This document shows positions 49,495 through 63,511 of a DNA stretch of 64,000 nt, in pieces. Under the pieces are notes generated by a model. The model was not told the DNA's origin. It saw only the letters and a program-made list of their open reading frames with translations, and did not search any database. Position 1 is the stretch's first letter. Each line of letters begins with the position of its first letter. A program made the translations under genes and the position numbers. Source of the stretch: Octopus sinensis. Lineage: Eukaryota. The stretch lies in the NCBI RefSeq assembly GCF_006345805.1, contig NC_043006.1:80166001-80230000 (forward strand), written 5' to 3'.

Positions 49495-51373
49495 AAACGC
49501 TAAAGGTTGGCAATTCCTTAAGGGGCAAATATAAGGTAAAACGAAAGTATAGAATGTGGGAATGCTTATCAAACATGGTGGAAAGAAAAGAACTTATTGA
49601 ATATGAAGAGAATATTTAGAAGGCGGTAAGAATTTGAAGAAATATGACACTGTTGAAAAAAAGTAGGCCAGTTTGAGTAATATAAACTATGAAAAAAAAG
49701 TATTTGCATAGCAACGTAGAGGTGAGTAGATGTGAAGTACATGAAATGTAAGAATTTAGAAAGAGTACTGGAGCTATTTTCACTAGGATGGCTTGATTTC
49801 AAAAGAAAGGTGTAAGCAAAAAGCGAAGAAAAATAAAAATTAACGATAGTTTTACACTTTTTCAGAAGGAAGAAAAATAGCTTAGAAAGTAATATGACGT
49901 AGAGGAGTAACATAGATGCATATTTAGAGGATAAGATTTGAAGCCTACGAGAAACTATAAGACGTTATTATTAAAATATTGTAAAATATGGAGAAATTCT
50001 ATGGAAGACAATTTAATCAAAGTGTGAGTTTAAGGAATAAATATCCAGTTAAAGGGAATTAACTATTTCAGTTGAGTAATGGTCTCTAATTTAGACAGGG
50101 CAAATTATTTCTGAGGACTGTTTTAGTTGATTATATCAACCTCAAGAATTAGTAGGTACTCAATCCAGTCGATCCCGGAAGGCTGAAATGCAAGGAAGAT
50201 CTCAGCAAGATTTGAACTTAACCGAAACAAATATTGCAATGAAGTGTTTAGCGAGATCTAATATATTTGTTAACTCGTCGTCTTGTTTAGGTTGAATAAT
50301 GGCATATATAAGGCGGCGAGCTGGCAGAAACGTTAGCACGCTGGGCGAAATGCTTATTGGTATGTGCTGGCAGAAACGTTAGCACGCTGGGCGAAATGCT
50401 TATTGGTATTTCGTCTGTCTCTACGTTCTAAGTTCAAATTCCGCCGAGGTCGACTTTGCCTTTCATCCTTTCGGGGTCGATAAATTAAGTACCAGATACA
50501 CACTGGGGTCGATGTAGTCGACTTAATCCCTTTGTCTGCCCTTGTTTGTCCCCTCTATGTTTAGCCCCTTGTGGGCAATAAAAAAATAAAAAAGCCATAT
50601 ATAATTGACATTCATACATGAGAAATTAAGCAGGAGATTTCTTATTTATTTTAAAAACCTTCGTATGAAAAAATACTGCAGAATTCTGAACAGGCAAAAT
50701 CATCTCCCACCTCTCTTCGGATCCATCGAAGAAGCCCATCTGTGAAATACATATGTAAAGTGCCAAACAAGCCGCATTTGGTGAGAAAAATCATTCTGTT
50801 CATGGCGCTCTACTCTCCATCCATTAAATCTCAAATAGAGGCAATACCTCCAGCAGGGTGGTGGCCACGGAATTCGGAATGATTCGTGACTCTGTAACGA
50901 CTTGCTACTAGCCAAAACTATAAACAGCGCTGGAGCAACTAATTGAAGCTGGATCGTCTAGTTGAGGTGAGTACGGTGAGCTCATGCGCACGCCAATAAA
51001 ACAGTTTGGTCGTGTAGTAAGGTGTAGCGGTTTGAATGTTAACTGCCAATGGAAATCTGGATGAATCCAAGCTCCGGTGCTTGTCTCTGTCGTAGTATAA
51101 AATATTTCAACGTGTCTTTCAAAGTGTGAAATGGAGCAGGCTTACATGTCAACATGGGTTGGATAGAAACTAGTCGGCCTAAGTTTGTTGTTTCAAATAA
51201 CTCCAAATAAAACGCTAAAGGTTGGCAATTCCTGAAGGGGCAAGTATGAGGTAAAACGAAAGCATAGAAAGTGGGAGTGCTTACCAAACATGGTGGAAAG
51301 AAAAGAACTTATTGAATATGAAGAGAATATTTAGAAGGCGGTAAGAATTTGAAGAAATATGACACTGTTGAAA
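49495..51373 (+). repeat. Dispersed ~164-bp direct repeat (49495-49658 and 51210-51373)
   Basis: aaacgctaaaggttggcaattcct...gacactgttgaaa occurs twice, about 93% identical by eye. Confidence 0.9.
50312..50595 (+). mobile_element. Full-length family-A SINE with an internal tandem duplication and a 9-bp TSD
   Basis: TSD catatataa at 50303-50311 and 50596-50604; gctggcagaaacgttagcacgctgggcgaaatgcttattggtat occurs twice. Confidence 0.9.
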
Positions 51374-52322
51374 TATCTCCAAATAAAACATACGCTGAGA
51401 ACAAAAACAATATATGTAAATACTTAAGCATTATGTTAAATTATTTCTGTTATATATACATTTTTGTATTATCATTTCGGGTAATCTGATAAAATAAAAA
51501 TAATCATTGATAATGTAATCGGAAATCAATGATTTCATAAAACGAAGTATAATGTTCTTAAGATTTTACAACTTTATTATTCAGTATTAGGCCAATCCTG
51601 TGTTGAAGACCCTTCGGCAAAACAGTTTATGTTTTAATATAAGAAATATTATGTGAATAATAAATAGAAACCACAGAATACAGATAAGTTTAAATAAATT
51701 TCTGGGACCTCTTTTTTATTTTCATCATAATTAGCTAACAAATATCAGGTTACATATTGCGCTTGTGAGCATGCGTAAAATATATTAGTAAAGTAGTTCT
51801 TAATGTGAGATATAAATAAGTTTTCATGAAAGTAGTATTGTGTAAGATCATAAGAGACTTTACGCAGTATACATTGATTAGGTTTATAATATAGTTTTAG
51901 AGATTTCAGCAAAAAGCTATATTAATTCATATATTAATTCATAGTGTGGTAACGACGTTTCGAGATGACGATTGCTAATATTATTTTCCTAATGATATCA
52001 GCACTAATGTTTTGTAATTTAAGCAGAAATAGGTTAAAGGACATTTTTCTGTTGGTGTTAATTCAAGTGTGTTATTTTCGTACGTAAAAAAATTATAAGC
52101 TTTAAATAGAGATTGGAAATGCAACATTATATGGAAGTCTGCAAAACAGATGAGGTCATTGGTATGACTATTGACTTGTCTTGAGTAGGTACAAAAAACC
52201 TGGTTTTAAGAACGGTTAAATGAATATAGTTAGTAAATTCACGTCTTTCCGAACAACTTCAGTAGCGTAAAGTCATGATAAGAATTATTAACATGGATTT
52301 TTGCATGGACTACTTGGTAATG

Positions 52323-54326
52323 TTAGTTATATGAAACACTCATATCCGTTATTTGTGTTTTGGAAGTTGGAGAAATATCGGTGTGAATAATGGCAGAGAA
52401 CTTAGGAATCTTCTGTACGTGTTTAAGGAAATTACGACAGACAATCTTTGTTAATAGAAATGATAAACATATAAATAATCCTATGAATGAGTTTAAGATA
52501 CAAAATAACAGGGAAAATTCCTCAATTTTCGTAAATATATACAAGAAGACGAATATCCATGTTAAACCCATGATGAAACTTAATTTTATATATATGAAGG
52601 GCAAAGTTTTATTGTGTTTAGATAAATATTTCGAAGAAAGTTTCTTGGCCAAATGCAGCCCTCTAGCGGTTAGAATAAATGCAAATATATTAAGACATAA
52701 TATAATTATTACAGGTATTGCAAAGAGCCACAGCAAACTTTTTCCGTTTGTAATCCAACAAACACCATTTCCATATTCTGGAGAAAGTCCATGATTTCCA
52801 GGAATATACTCAAATATCAGTGATACAGTTATTATTACAAGTGGACAGATCCAAGCATACAAGGAATATAATACAAATCTCTTGGTATGTTTTCCTTTAC
52901 TTCGAATTTGTGTGAGTCCCGAGAAAGTGTGCCAGGCATCAAAAGACATGACATTCATCCAGAAGAAAGTCGCTAGAAACGAATAATGCATTACTACAGC
53001 TAAAGATTTACACAACACTGTAGATGTAGTAATTTGGGATGAGATAAGAAAGAGAAGCTCAGCTGCAAACAGTGCTGATGAAAGACTGATGAGTAATTTA
53101 CCTGGTAAGGTACGGAGATCAGGTATACAGAGATAGACTATAATAGTAATTGCTAGAGCCGGAATAGAGATAATTAATCCCACTAATGTGATATAACTTT
53201 CAGCAGTAGAATACGTTGGTATTATAGTGGTACTATTCTTTACACAGATACTTATTATACCTTGAGAATCACGAGTGTATTCTGATTGGTTCAGCAAACG
53301 TTGGGTATTATTTATGTACAGGAGACCATCGCTTGTAATATGATACTCAGATTTATTTAATGTTGTTGTCGTACAATTTAGCTGAGGTTGGTAGATAACT
53401 TGTCGACATTCCTTAGTATTCATATCGTAGACAGCAGGTTTTTGACAAGAGGTAAACTGCATGACAGAATCTCGATTACGGCGGTTATCTTTTATTACCA
53501 GAGAATTGGTATGGTAATTAAAAAGGATAGTTAAGGAAGGCGTAAATGGGACGTCAAAAACAACGCGTGGATATCCACAGTAATCAACGACTTCGTCAAA
53601 CCCGTTACATGTAGCACAGTGAATGTTTCTAAATACGTTAATTCCAGATTTTACTAAAGCCATTGGATTAGATTCACATTTAATTCTCTGTTCCGTATTA
53701 TTGTTATCTTGAGGACAATTCGCAATGAATTCAGTACAAGGATATATATATTTCTCCAAATCTTCTGAAGGCGGTTTCACAGTTGCCGAACAATTTCCAT
53801 CTTTCACATTATTTAATATATTTTCGAAACTTACATTTGGTCCTAAATCACATTGATATAAAAGATTCCAAAGAATGAATTCCTCTCCATGACACAGAGC
53901 ACAATATAAGTTCCTATAGAGTATTTTACTTGTATTTCCAAAAGCAGGTATGTTTTGCAGTCGATCATTTGAGTCAGGATTTTCACAGCTGTTTACATAC
54001 TCCATAACATCATGGTTCAGCGGACATCGATCGAACTGATATACACTATAACGAAAATAATCAACGTATCTACAACTATAATATATTGATGGATAAGGGC
54101 GATTTTTCTGATCAAAATTGGTATTATTAATCATGTCGATACAACATTCATTAAAGAGGTAACAATCCTGACGACACGAACAACGCTTTTGATCATTTTT
54201 AGCTGTATCAAAACATAAGGGTGGAGGACATAAAGAAATACTTCCGCCATGGAAGTCTGTTAGTATTTGTGGTGATGTAAGATTTGTAAAAGAAAGCATA
54301 ATCATGAAAAGTATAAGAATTTCCAT
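52323..54326 (-). CDS. Methuselah-like GPCR with SMB-like ectodomain, paralog 3 (667 aa, uninterrupted CDS)
   Basis: Signal peptide MEILILFMIMLSFTNLTS; CSCRQDCYLFNECCID; 7TM region collinear with paralogs 1 and 2. Confidence 0.92.
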   Translation of the reverse strand: MEILILFMIMLSFTNLTSPQILTDFHGGSISLCPPPLCFDTAKNDQKRCSCRQDCYLFNECCIDMINNTNFDQKNRPYPSIYYSCRYVDYFRYSVYQFDRCPLNHDVMEYVNSCENPDSNDRLQNIPAFGNTSKILYRNLYCALCHGEEFILWNLLYQCDLGPNVSFENILNNVKDGNCSATVKPPSEDLEKYIYPCTEFIANCPQDNNNTEQRIKCESNPMALVKSGINVFRNIHCATCNGFDEVVDYCGYPRVVFDVPFTPSLTILFNYHTNSLVIKDNRRNRDSVMQFTSCQKPAVYDMNTKECRQVIYQPQLNCTTTTLNKSEYHITSDGLLYINNTQRLLNQSEYTRDSQGIISICVKNSTTIIPTYSTAESYITLVGLIISIPALAITIIVYLCIPDLRTLPGKLLISLSSALFAAELLFLISSQITTSTVLCKSLAVVMHYSFLATFFWMNVMSFDAWHTFSGLTQIRSKGKHTKRFVLYSLYAWICPLVIITVSLIFEYIPGNHGLSPEYGNGVCWITNGKSLLWLFAIPVIIILCLNIFAFILTARGLHLAKKLSSKYLSKHNKTLPFIYIKLSFIMGLTWIFVFLYIFTKIEEFSLLFCILNSFIGLFICLSFLLTKIVCRNFLKHVQKIPKFSAIIHTDISPTSKTQITDMSVSYN

Positions 54327-55098
54327 TTCAAAAGTTCTAAAACAGTCTCATAGATAACAAAGTATATATATATATTTATAGCTTGACGTATAGTATTACG
54401 TTTGAATTCACAATAAAATATTTTAGCATGTTTGAATTTCCATTAATTTAATCCCTTGTGGACTAAAGAATTTACGTTTCCGTTAAGTTTCACAGGGAAA
54501 AAGAAATATCAATATTAAATATCGTATGTTAGATATTCAAGATTGAATTATAAATGAGTTTTATTATTTCTAATCTGTTAGTTGCATTTATAGACTTGGA
54601 ACTTTCCACTGGTATCTGTAAAATAAAAGAAAAAGAAATAGTTAATGTAAAATATAACAACTCTACACTCCACCAATCATACCCACTTCTCACATACAGA
54701 CACACACACACATATGTTGTCGTTAATTGCTAGAAATGTGGTATAGATGAACAGACGACAACTAAGAAGAGTCTGTCTTTATGTTACTTGTCTTGTTTTC
54801 CATTTGTTTCTCTCGTTGTTCGCATACCCAAGTTAAAACCACTATTATGCAACTCAAACTGATAGACATAAACCAATGCACAAATAACAAATAATATAAA
54901 TGTAATTAATATAAATAATATATATATATATATATATATAATTTTTTTAAAGTTTAAAAAGAATGATAAATATAATATGATAAGTAATAAGTAATATAAT
55001 ATTATAATAAATATAATATAATATAATAGTTATTATATTATATCTATCATTCTTTTTATACTTAAAAAAATTTATATGAAAATATATATTATTATATA

Positions 55099-55639
<541 letters not shown>

Positions 55640-55804
55640 ATATATATATATTTTTTTAAAGTTTAAAAAGAATGATAAATATAATATAAGTAATAAGTAA
55701 TATAATATTATAATAAATATAATATAATATAATAGTTATTATATTATATCTATCATTCTTTTTATACTTAAAAATTTATATGAAAATATATATTATTTAT
55801 ATAT

Positions 55805-55864
<60 letters not shown>

Positions 55865-55907
55865 TATATCATTATATGACTGAACCCCACGCTTCCATTT
55901 CGAAGTA

Positions 55908-55955
<48 letters not shown>

Positions 55956-55995
55956 TATATGTATACACACACACATGTTCAGATATATGTATGTA

Positions 55996-56410
55996 TGTGG
56001 CTGTGTGTTAAGAAATTTGCCTCCACACCACATGATTCCGGTGTCAGTCCCACTGCGTGCCACCTTGAGCAGGTTTTTCTACTATAACCTCGCACCAACC
56101 AAAACGTTGTGAGTGGATTTGGTAGATGGAAACTGAAAGAAGCCGGTTGCATAGGTATATATGTGCATATATCTATGTTTGTGTGTATATTTGTGTCTGT
56201 TTTATCACCCCCTCATCACCACTTGAGAATCGGTGTCGGTGTGTTTACGTCCACGTAACTTAGCGGTTCGGTCTCAGGTGTCGTTATAATAAGTACTAGG
56301 CTTAAAAAATAAGTCCTCGGTCAATTTGTTTGACTAAAACTCTCCAAGCCAGTGCTCTAGCATGGCTATAGTGAAATTACTGAAATGATTAAAAGAATAA
56401 AAGAATAAAA
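55996..56410 (+). mobile_element. SINE family B, diverged
   Basis: Collinear with 55230-55639. Confidence 0.8.
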
Positions 56411-56418
56411 GGATAAAA

Positions 56419-56491
<73 letters not shown>

Positions 56492-56638
56492 AGTATTATT
56501 CTTTTATTTGTTTCAGTCATATGATTGTGGCCTCTTTTTGGGGGAAATGAAGAACGAAAAAAAAAACGGGAGCGGACTGTTTGCACTTTACCTCTGTGTG
56601 TCTGTGTGTGTGTGCGTGTATATATATGTGTATATATG

Positions 56639-56703
<65 letters not shown>

Positions 56704-56759
56704 TCATACATAGACACACATAAAACTTACAGGGTACACTGGCCCACAGGGGACTACAA

Positions 56760-57440
56760 TCCCAGAGCCTAAGTCAGTGCAGGACCTGGGTATCGACATG
56801 TATCGACATGAGTGATGATACGTCTTTCCAAGTGCACATAACCAGGATGGTGACAAAGTGTAGACGACTGGCTAGCTGGATCCTGAGAACCTTCAGAACC
56901 AGAAAGAAGGAAACTGCAATGGACCTCTGGAGGACATTCGTCTTCAGCCGCCTGGATTATTGCTCCCAGCTATGGTCACCCCACACTGTAAAATTAACAG
57001 TGGACCTTCAAGCAATCCAGCGAAGTTTCACAAAGAAGATCGTCTTATTGCAACAACCCAGCTACTAGGATAGTCTGAAAGAGCTAACACTCAACTCCCT
57101 GCAGCAAAGGCGGGATAGATATGCAGTAAAATATATCTCGAAGATCCTAGAAGGGATTGTTTCAAATTTTGGCATTGGAAGCTACACAAATGCCAGAACT
57201 AGTCACCACTGCACAGTGCCAAAAATCCCAACAATGCCATCGCGCTTGGTTTCAGGGGCCCACAGCTTTTTAATATTCTGCCAAAGAGCCTGGCGGACCT
57301 ATACAATGTAGATGTAGGAGTTTTCAAATCAAAACTGGATCATTTCCTGTCTAGAGTCCCAGATGAACTTACCTCGCGGCAGGAGGTGCAAATGAGGATA
57401 GCGACATCAAACTCCCTTATTCACCAAATGCCACATATTC
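56760..57440 (+). mobile_element. CR1/Jockey-group LINE 3' remnant
   Basis: DLG..MSDD.SFQVHI...WILRTF.TR...LWRTFVFSRLDYCSQLWSP...IQRSFTKKI...KILEG. Confidence 0.85.
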
Positions 57441-57959
57441 TAATATGTGTCTCTATAATAACAGTAGCAAAACAGCAGTGCCCCAGTTTGACCACAGCTT
57501 TGAGCTAAAACTAATGCGAGGATGTGGAACAAATATAGTATTATTGGATGCTCAGGAAAGAAGGAGAGTTTAACGTTCCGAGCGGAGCTCTTCGTCGGAA
57601 ACATAGGAGAGGGAAAGATCCAGAGAAGGGAAGACAAAGGAAAAAAATCGCCAACGGTACACACGAGGTCACATATATATATGTATGTATGTATATATAT
57701 ATGTATGTATGTATATGCACGCGTGTGTGTGTGTGTGTGAGAGAGAGAGTGTGTATTTCTCTCTGTTTATGTATGTTTCCTTCATAACTTGACAACCACC
57801 GTTGGTTTGTTGACATCTCCTTAACTTAGCGGTTTCGACAAAAGAGACTGATAAAATTGTAAATATGGATCTATTTATCTGATTAAACACTTCCAGACAG
57901 TGCCCCAGCATGACCGCTGTACAACTACTGAAGTAAATGAAAATAGAAGGCAATTTTTT

Positions 57960-58147
57960 TTTCAAATTTCGGCACAAGAGTTTAGTCGGTTATATCGACC
58001 TCAGTACTTGACTGGTACTTATTGTATCGACTTTCGAAAGGTTGAAAGGCAAAAGTAATCATTGATCTCAGAACATAAAGAACCAGTAGATTCGCTGTTG
58101 AGCATTTTGTACTTTGCACAAGCGATTCTGCCAGCTCACCGCCTTAA
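57960..58147 (-). mobile_element. Family-A SINE, degenerate
   Basis: ggcacaag...tcgac...tggtactt...ctgccagctcaccgcctt. Confidence 0.75.
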
Positions 58148-58453
58148 TAATAATATAAACTTTGAAAAGTATTTATAAAACATATAATCATTGAATCACC
58201 ACGTTTTATCTTGGATATATTTATGTACGTACATACTATACATGTACGAATGCATTTCTTATTCTTAGCTTTCCCTTCCACAGAGATGAAGCTAGTTTTT
58301 AACAAAGAATCAGAGCTCCAATTTTTGAAAGTTGGGTAACAAAAACGATGCATTACACTTTGAATATTAGAATAATCTTGCATATTTTAACATTGTTTTT
58401 ATAGATTGTATCTAGAAGGAGTGTGATTTTTGAATATTTTTGCCCAAAAATTC

Positions 58454-58489
<36 letters not shown>

Positions 58490-59676
58490 GTAATAATATT
58501 AATAATAATAATGATAATAACAATAATAATGAAATTATTGTATACAGTGCTCAGGTGCACCACAACTTGTCAAAAGTGCGTATAAAGAATATGCAGTAAT
58601 GTACAAATGTCTGGAAAAGGAACAGTGTATGAGTCAGATACAGGCTTGCGTGTGTATGGAAGGGAGAAAATCAGGTGTAGTGTTGGCGAATCTCAAGAAG
58701 CATGGAAGTTTTGAAGGACGCAGTGCTCCGACAACTAAACAACTGATGCCGGCAGTTTGTTCCATACTTCAGCAACTCTTAGCGTGAAAAAAGATTTGTC
58801 ACTTTAGAAAAATGCCAACTTCTTTGGTATATATGTGAGCTTATAATATAGAGACTATAGATATCGAAACAGTTATTCATAAATGTTTTCCTTTTCAATG
58901 ATATTTGAGACATATTTATGTATACTGGGTGGCCCACTTCTATGACTGTAGATGCCACAAACAAATATATTAATCCTGAAATGTTTGCACTGGGAGGAAG
59001 ATCTGATGTTCTACCAACATTCTTCGTGTTGTTGTGTAATTAATAACAGGAGCATTATCTAAATTTATCTCTGGCCGGTCATCCTACCCAACAGGAGGTC
59101 GTATTTTGGTGATATTTTTGGGAACATGCTTATCACGTGTAATATTATTCACATAAATGTGATAATGACATTTTTGGCTCTATCTTAGCCGATTAATGAC
59201 TTCACTACCTCTTTTTTCTTTCGTTAGCTATTTCGCAGCTATCCTCTGCTTTTGGAGCGCAAAAGTTTAACCTTGAATTTGTGACGTGATATAACGGTCA
59301 CGAGTTCAAATGAGGCTGAATGGTGAAGACGGCGACCAGGCAGAATCGTTAGAGCCTTCGTAAAAATGCCTTGCACTATTTATAAGGACTTTTTACATTC
59401 TGAAATTTATAATAAGGGTTGCAAATTTCGAAGTGGTTGTCCACAAATATTCTCCTTTCTGCAAATTTTGCGTGATGTGCAAGACTTCTTTTTGTTCCAA
59501 ATAACAATGTCAAATCTGTCATGTGTACATTTGGTAGAGGTTTTGATGGGAATGCTCTACCAGTATTTCTTGTGAGTGTACGTACGTACTTATGTATGTA
59601 TGTATGTATGTATGTATGTATGTATGTATGTATGTATGTATGTATGTATGTATGTATGTATGCATGTATGTATGTA

Positions 59677-59982
59677 GTGAAAACGCGTGGCGTAGTGATT
59701 AGGGGCATTCGGCTCATGATCGTAAGGTCGTGAGTTCAATTCCTTAAGCAAGACACTTTATTTCATGTTGCTCCAGTCCACTCAGCTGGCAAAAAGGAGT
59801 AGTACCTGTATTTCAAAGGACCAGCCTTGTCACACAGTGTCACGCTGAATCTACCCGAGAACTACGTTAAGGGTACACGTGTTTTTGGAGTGATCAGCCA
59901 CTTGCACGTTAATTTCACGAGCAAGCTGTTCCGTTGATCGTATCAGCTGGGCCCCTCGTCGTCGCAACCGACGGAGTGCTCC
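59677..59982 (+). mobile_element. tRNA-derived SINE between (TATG)n tracts
   Basis: gcgtggcgtagtgattagg...gtgagttcaattcc (A and B boxes); partial relative at ~40670-40770. Confidence 0.75.
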
Positions 59983-60241
59983 TAATGTATGTATGTATGT
60001 ATGTATGTATGTATGTATGTATGTATGTATGTATGTATGTATGTATGTATGTATGTGTGTGTGTATGTATGTGTGTGTGCGTATCTGTATGTGTGTGTGT
60101 ATGCAAGTACGTATGTATTCCGTATTAATATGTGTATTTGGAAACTATTTACAGTACCTAAACTTGTGGTTGTCAGATTTTAGTATTTAGTAAATATAAA
60201 TGATCGAAGAATGATTATTGATATTTTATATATGCTATATA

Positions 60242-60628
60242 GGCGCAGGAGTGGCTGTGTGGTAAGTAGCTTGCTTACCAATCACATGGTTCCGGGTTCA
60301 GTCCCACTGCGTGGCACCTTGGGCAAGTGTCTTCTACTATATCCTCGGGTCTTGTGAGTGGATTTGGTAGACGGAAACTGAAAGAAGCCCGTCGTATATA
60401 AATATATGTATGTGTGTCTGTGTTTGCCCCCCCCCCCACAACATCACTTGACAGCCGATGCTGGTGTGTTTACGTCTGCGTAATCTAGCGGTTCGGCAAA
60501 AGAGACCGATAGAATAAGTACCGGGCTTATAAAGAACAAGTCCTGGGGGCGATTTCTTCGAGTAAAAGCGGTGCTCCAGCATGGCCGCAGTCAAATGACT
60601 GAAACAAGTAAAAGAGTAAAAGAGTATT
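60242..60628 (+). mobile_element. Full-length SINE family B
   Basis: Near-identical to 55230-55639. Confidence 0.9.
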
Positions 60629-61249
60629 TCAAAAAATCTTTTCTTTTAGTGCTCTTTGTGCAGCATCTGAGTTGATTAGCAACAGCTTGTAGAGTAGAAA
60701 CGGCCAACGGAATCAGTGGTTAGAAGGAGTTGGATATTGTGAGCTGTTTTGGTGAATTTTATATATTTTCGAACCTATGAATTAATAAAAATAAGTTGAA
60801 GTTAAACGACGCTGTTCAGAAGACTAATTCTAAATGGTTGATTTTTACGTTTACGTTTACAAATGTGGTTTGTTACTGATACAGAAGAGTAAGGATTTGT
60901 AGTGTTTGTTGAGAATAAATCTACTTAATGACATAACTCATAATATAATTGTTGAGGACACATGTACCTGGTGGCATTATTATTGTTGTTGCTGAGAACT
61001 ATATTTATTCATGTAGTGTTTATACAAATGTAATGCTTTTATAATTTCATAGTTTCAAACAGTAAAATTATAATAAGCGTGGGAAAACGAATCGAGTATT
61101 TAATATGGCATGAAAGATGAAAGTTACTGCTGATTGAGAGAGAAAGAGGATAGACAGACAGAGGAGAGAGAGGAGGAGAAAGGAAGAGAGGGAGAGAGTG
61201 ACATGGGAGAGAGTGATTGAAGTTATACTAAGCATGCAAATTTCTTGTT

Positions 61250-61656
61250 TGTTCTTTTTATATTTTTCAGTCATTAGACTGCGGTCATGCTGGGACACCT
61301 TCTAGAAAGTTCTTGGTTGACCAAATCGACCCTAGTGATTGTTTTTAAGCCTGGTATTTATTCTACCGTCTCTTTTTCAGAACAGCTGAGGTTCGGGACG
61401 TAAACAAAACAACACCAGCTGTCAAGCGATGGTGGAGGACAAGCATAAACAGAAGCAATCATACACACACACACACTTGTATATATATATTATATATATA
61501 TGGACTTCCTCAGTTTCCGTCTACCAAATACACTAACAAGGCTTTGGTCAATCCGGGGCTTTAGTAGAAAACATTTCCCCAAGGTATCAAGCAGTGCAAT
61601 TGAATCCGAAACCTATGGTAGGGAAGCGATCTTCATACCACGCAGCCATACCTGCA
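61250..61656 (-). mobile_element. SINE family B, diverged
   Basis: Reverse complement of the family-B head, body and tail. Confidence 0.75.
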
Positions 61657-62559
61657 TAAAGGTTTTTGGAGCCGTATGAATTTCATATTTGTAGGGTAAT
61701 GAGACGCATTGTGCATCAGCTCTCCAAAGGAGTAGAGGTCATATTAAAAGCACTCTATCAGCTTTTAGTTATTTACCTTCCAGAGAATGCTCCGATTTAA
61801 ACGATAAGAAATATCTAAATAGTTATAGAAGCAAAAAGTAATAAATACAGATGAGCTTGTATGTTGAACTAACTGTGCAGATAGTGGTTGTGTCAGAAGA
61901 TTCGTTGGTACATCTTTCACCATTGTTATGCTGCTCTTAACAATGACAGCTGAGAAAGTATAATCAAGGATTGCCTACAACCACTATAAAGAATGAATGC
62001 AAAAAAGATCTGAACCAGTTCGTTAGTATACTCTCTATTGGCTAATGTTTTAAAAAAAATATTAGTATCTAAGGGAGACTAACTTCTTAAGTACACAGGG
62101 AGAGAGATGTTTCCAAAAACGTACTGGTGTAGTGTCTTATCTTAGGGTAAGGGAACATATATCTTTCCAAACACAACACAGACATTCACTTCCTCCACAA
62201 GGACACACACATATTTGTGCATGAAGGGTGTGTCTTGTGTGTGCCGTAAGTGCCGCGCGCGCAGTGCATGTGTGCGTATGTAAATGTGTATGTATGCATT
62301 TATTTAAATATTTATATCTGTGTGCAAGTGCGAACATAATTTCAGCAGGAGGTGATCGTCTAATTGAGAAGCGTTTGTTCTGATCTCTCTCCATTTCTTG
62401 TTTCCTCACCAATCGTTTCTGCAGAAGTGTATAAGACTTTTCCTTTTATTTTTCCTGAGCGTAAACCTAATACGCTCTTTTTGCCTTTTGTACCCTATCA
62501 TCGGATTTTAAAATTTATTTTTGAAACACAGACACGCACACACACACACACTCACACAG

Positions 62560-62633
<74 letters not shown>

Positions 62634-62927
62634 AAACACACACACTCACACACTCACACACATATATTTCATGATGTGCTTTGATGCACGTCACATTACA
62701 ATACGAATTAGGGTTGGGTTATATGTTCAACCCGGCTTATGTTTCGAATGGCCTTGTAAAAGTATAATTATATAATTATTCTAAAAGACTATTGAAACGA
62801 TCGTAATGAAGGGCTCCAAGCATTCCCAATATGCTTCTTATTAACAATTCAATTTCACACACACACATAGACACACGTTTATGAATTTGTATTGCAAAAA
62901 TACTGATGGGAAGTCGTGTGTTGAAAG

Positions 62928-63322
62928 AGATATTGCTGCATTTTGGGACGGTCGTATTTTTGTCAAATAAACACACGTACTGTATATTCGTTCTTTACTC
63001 GTTTATTATTGTTCTTAATCTAGCTTATGTCCACTGTTCGGAAATCATTCGTCACACATCTGTGACCTCCTCAGTGACACTTTCTGGCGTCGTACGTGCT
63101 CTTGCTCTGCTTATTCCATGGAATAAGCTCTTGCTTAAATATTTATATTTAACACGTCGACGGAAAGTGTTGCTGAGGAGGAAGTCGCACGTGTGTGACG
63201 AAAGATTTCGGAACAATGGGCATGAGTTAGAATAGGAGCAGCAATGAACGAGTGAAGAACGAATATATAGTGCGTGTGTTTATTTAGCAAAAAAAATGAC
63301 CATCCCGAAATACAACAATATA
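62928..63322. repeat. Older foldback (~165-bp arms, ~80% identity) with a perfect 20-bp palindrome near its centre
   Basis: Arms ~62928-63098 and ~63165-63322; gcttattccatggaataagc at 63109-63128. Confidence 0.8.
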
Positions 63323-63458
63323 TATGTATATATGTATGTATGTATATGATTATTTGTGCATATATACGTGTGTGTATGTGTTTATACATATATTCAGTCA
63401 ATCATTCATACATATATATACGAGTACATATACACACACATGGATATATGTGCATATT

Positions 63459-63511
<53 letters not shown>

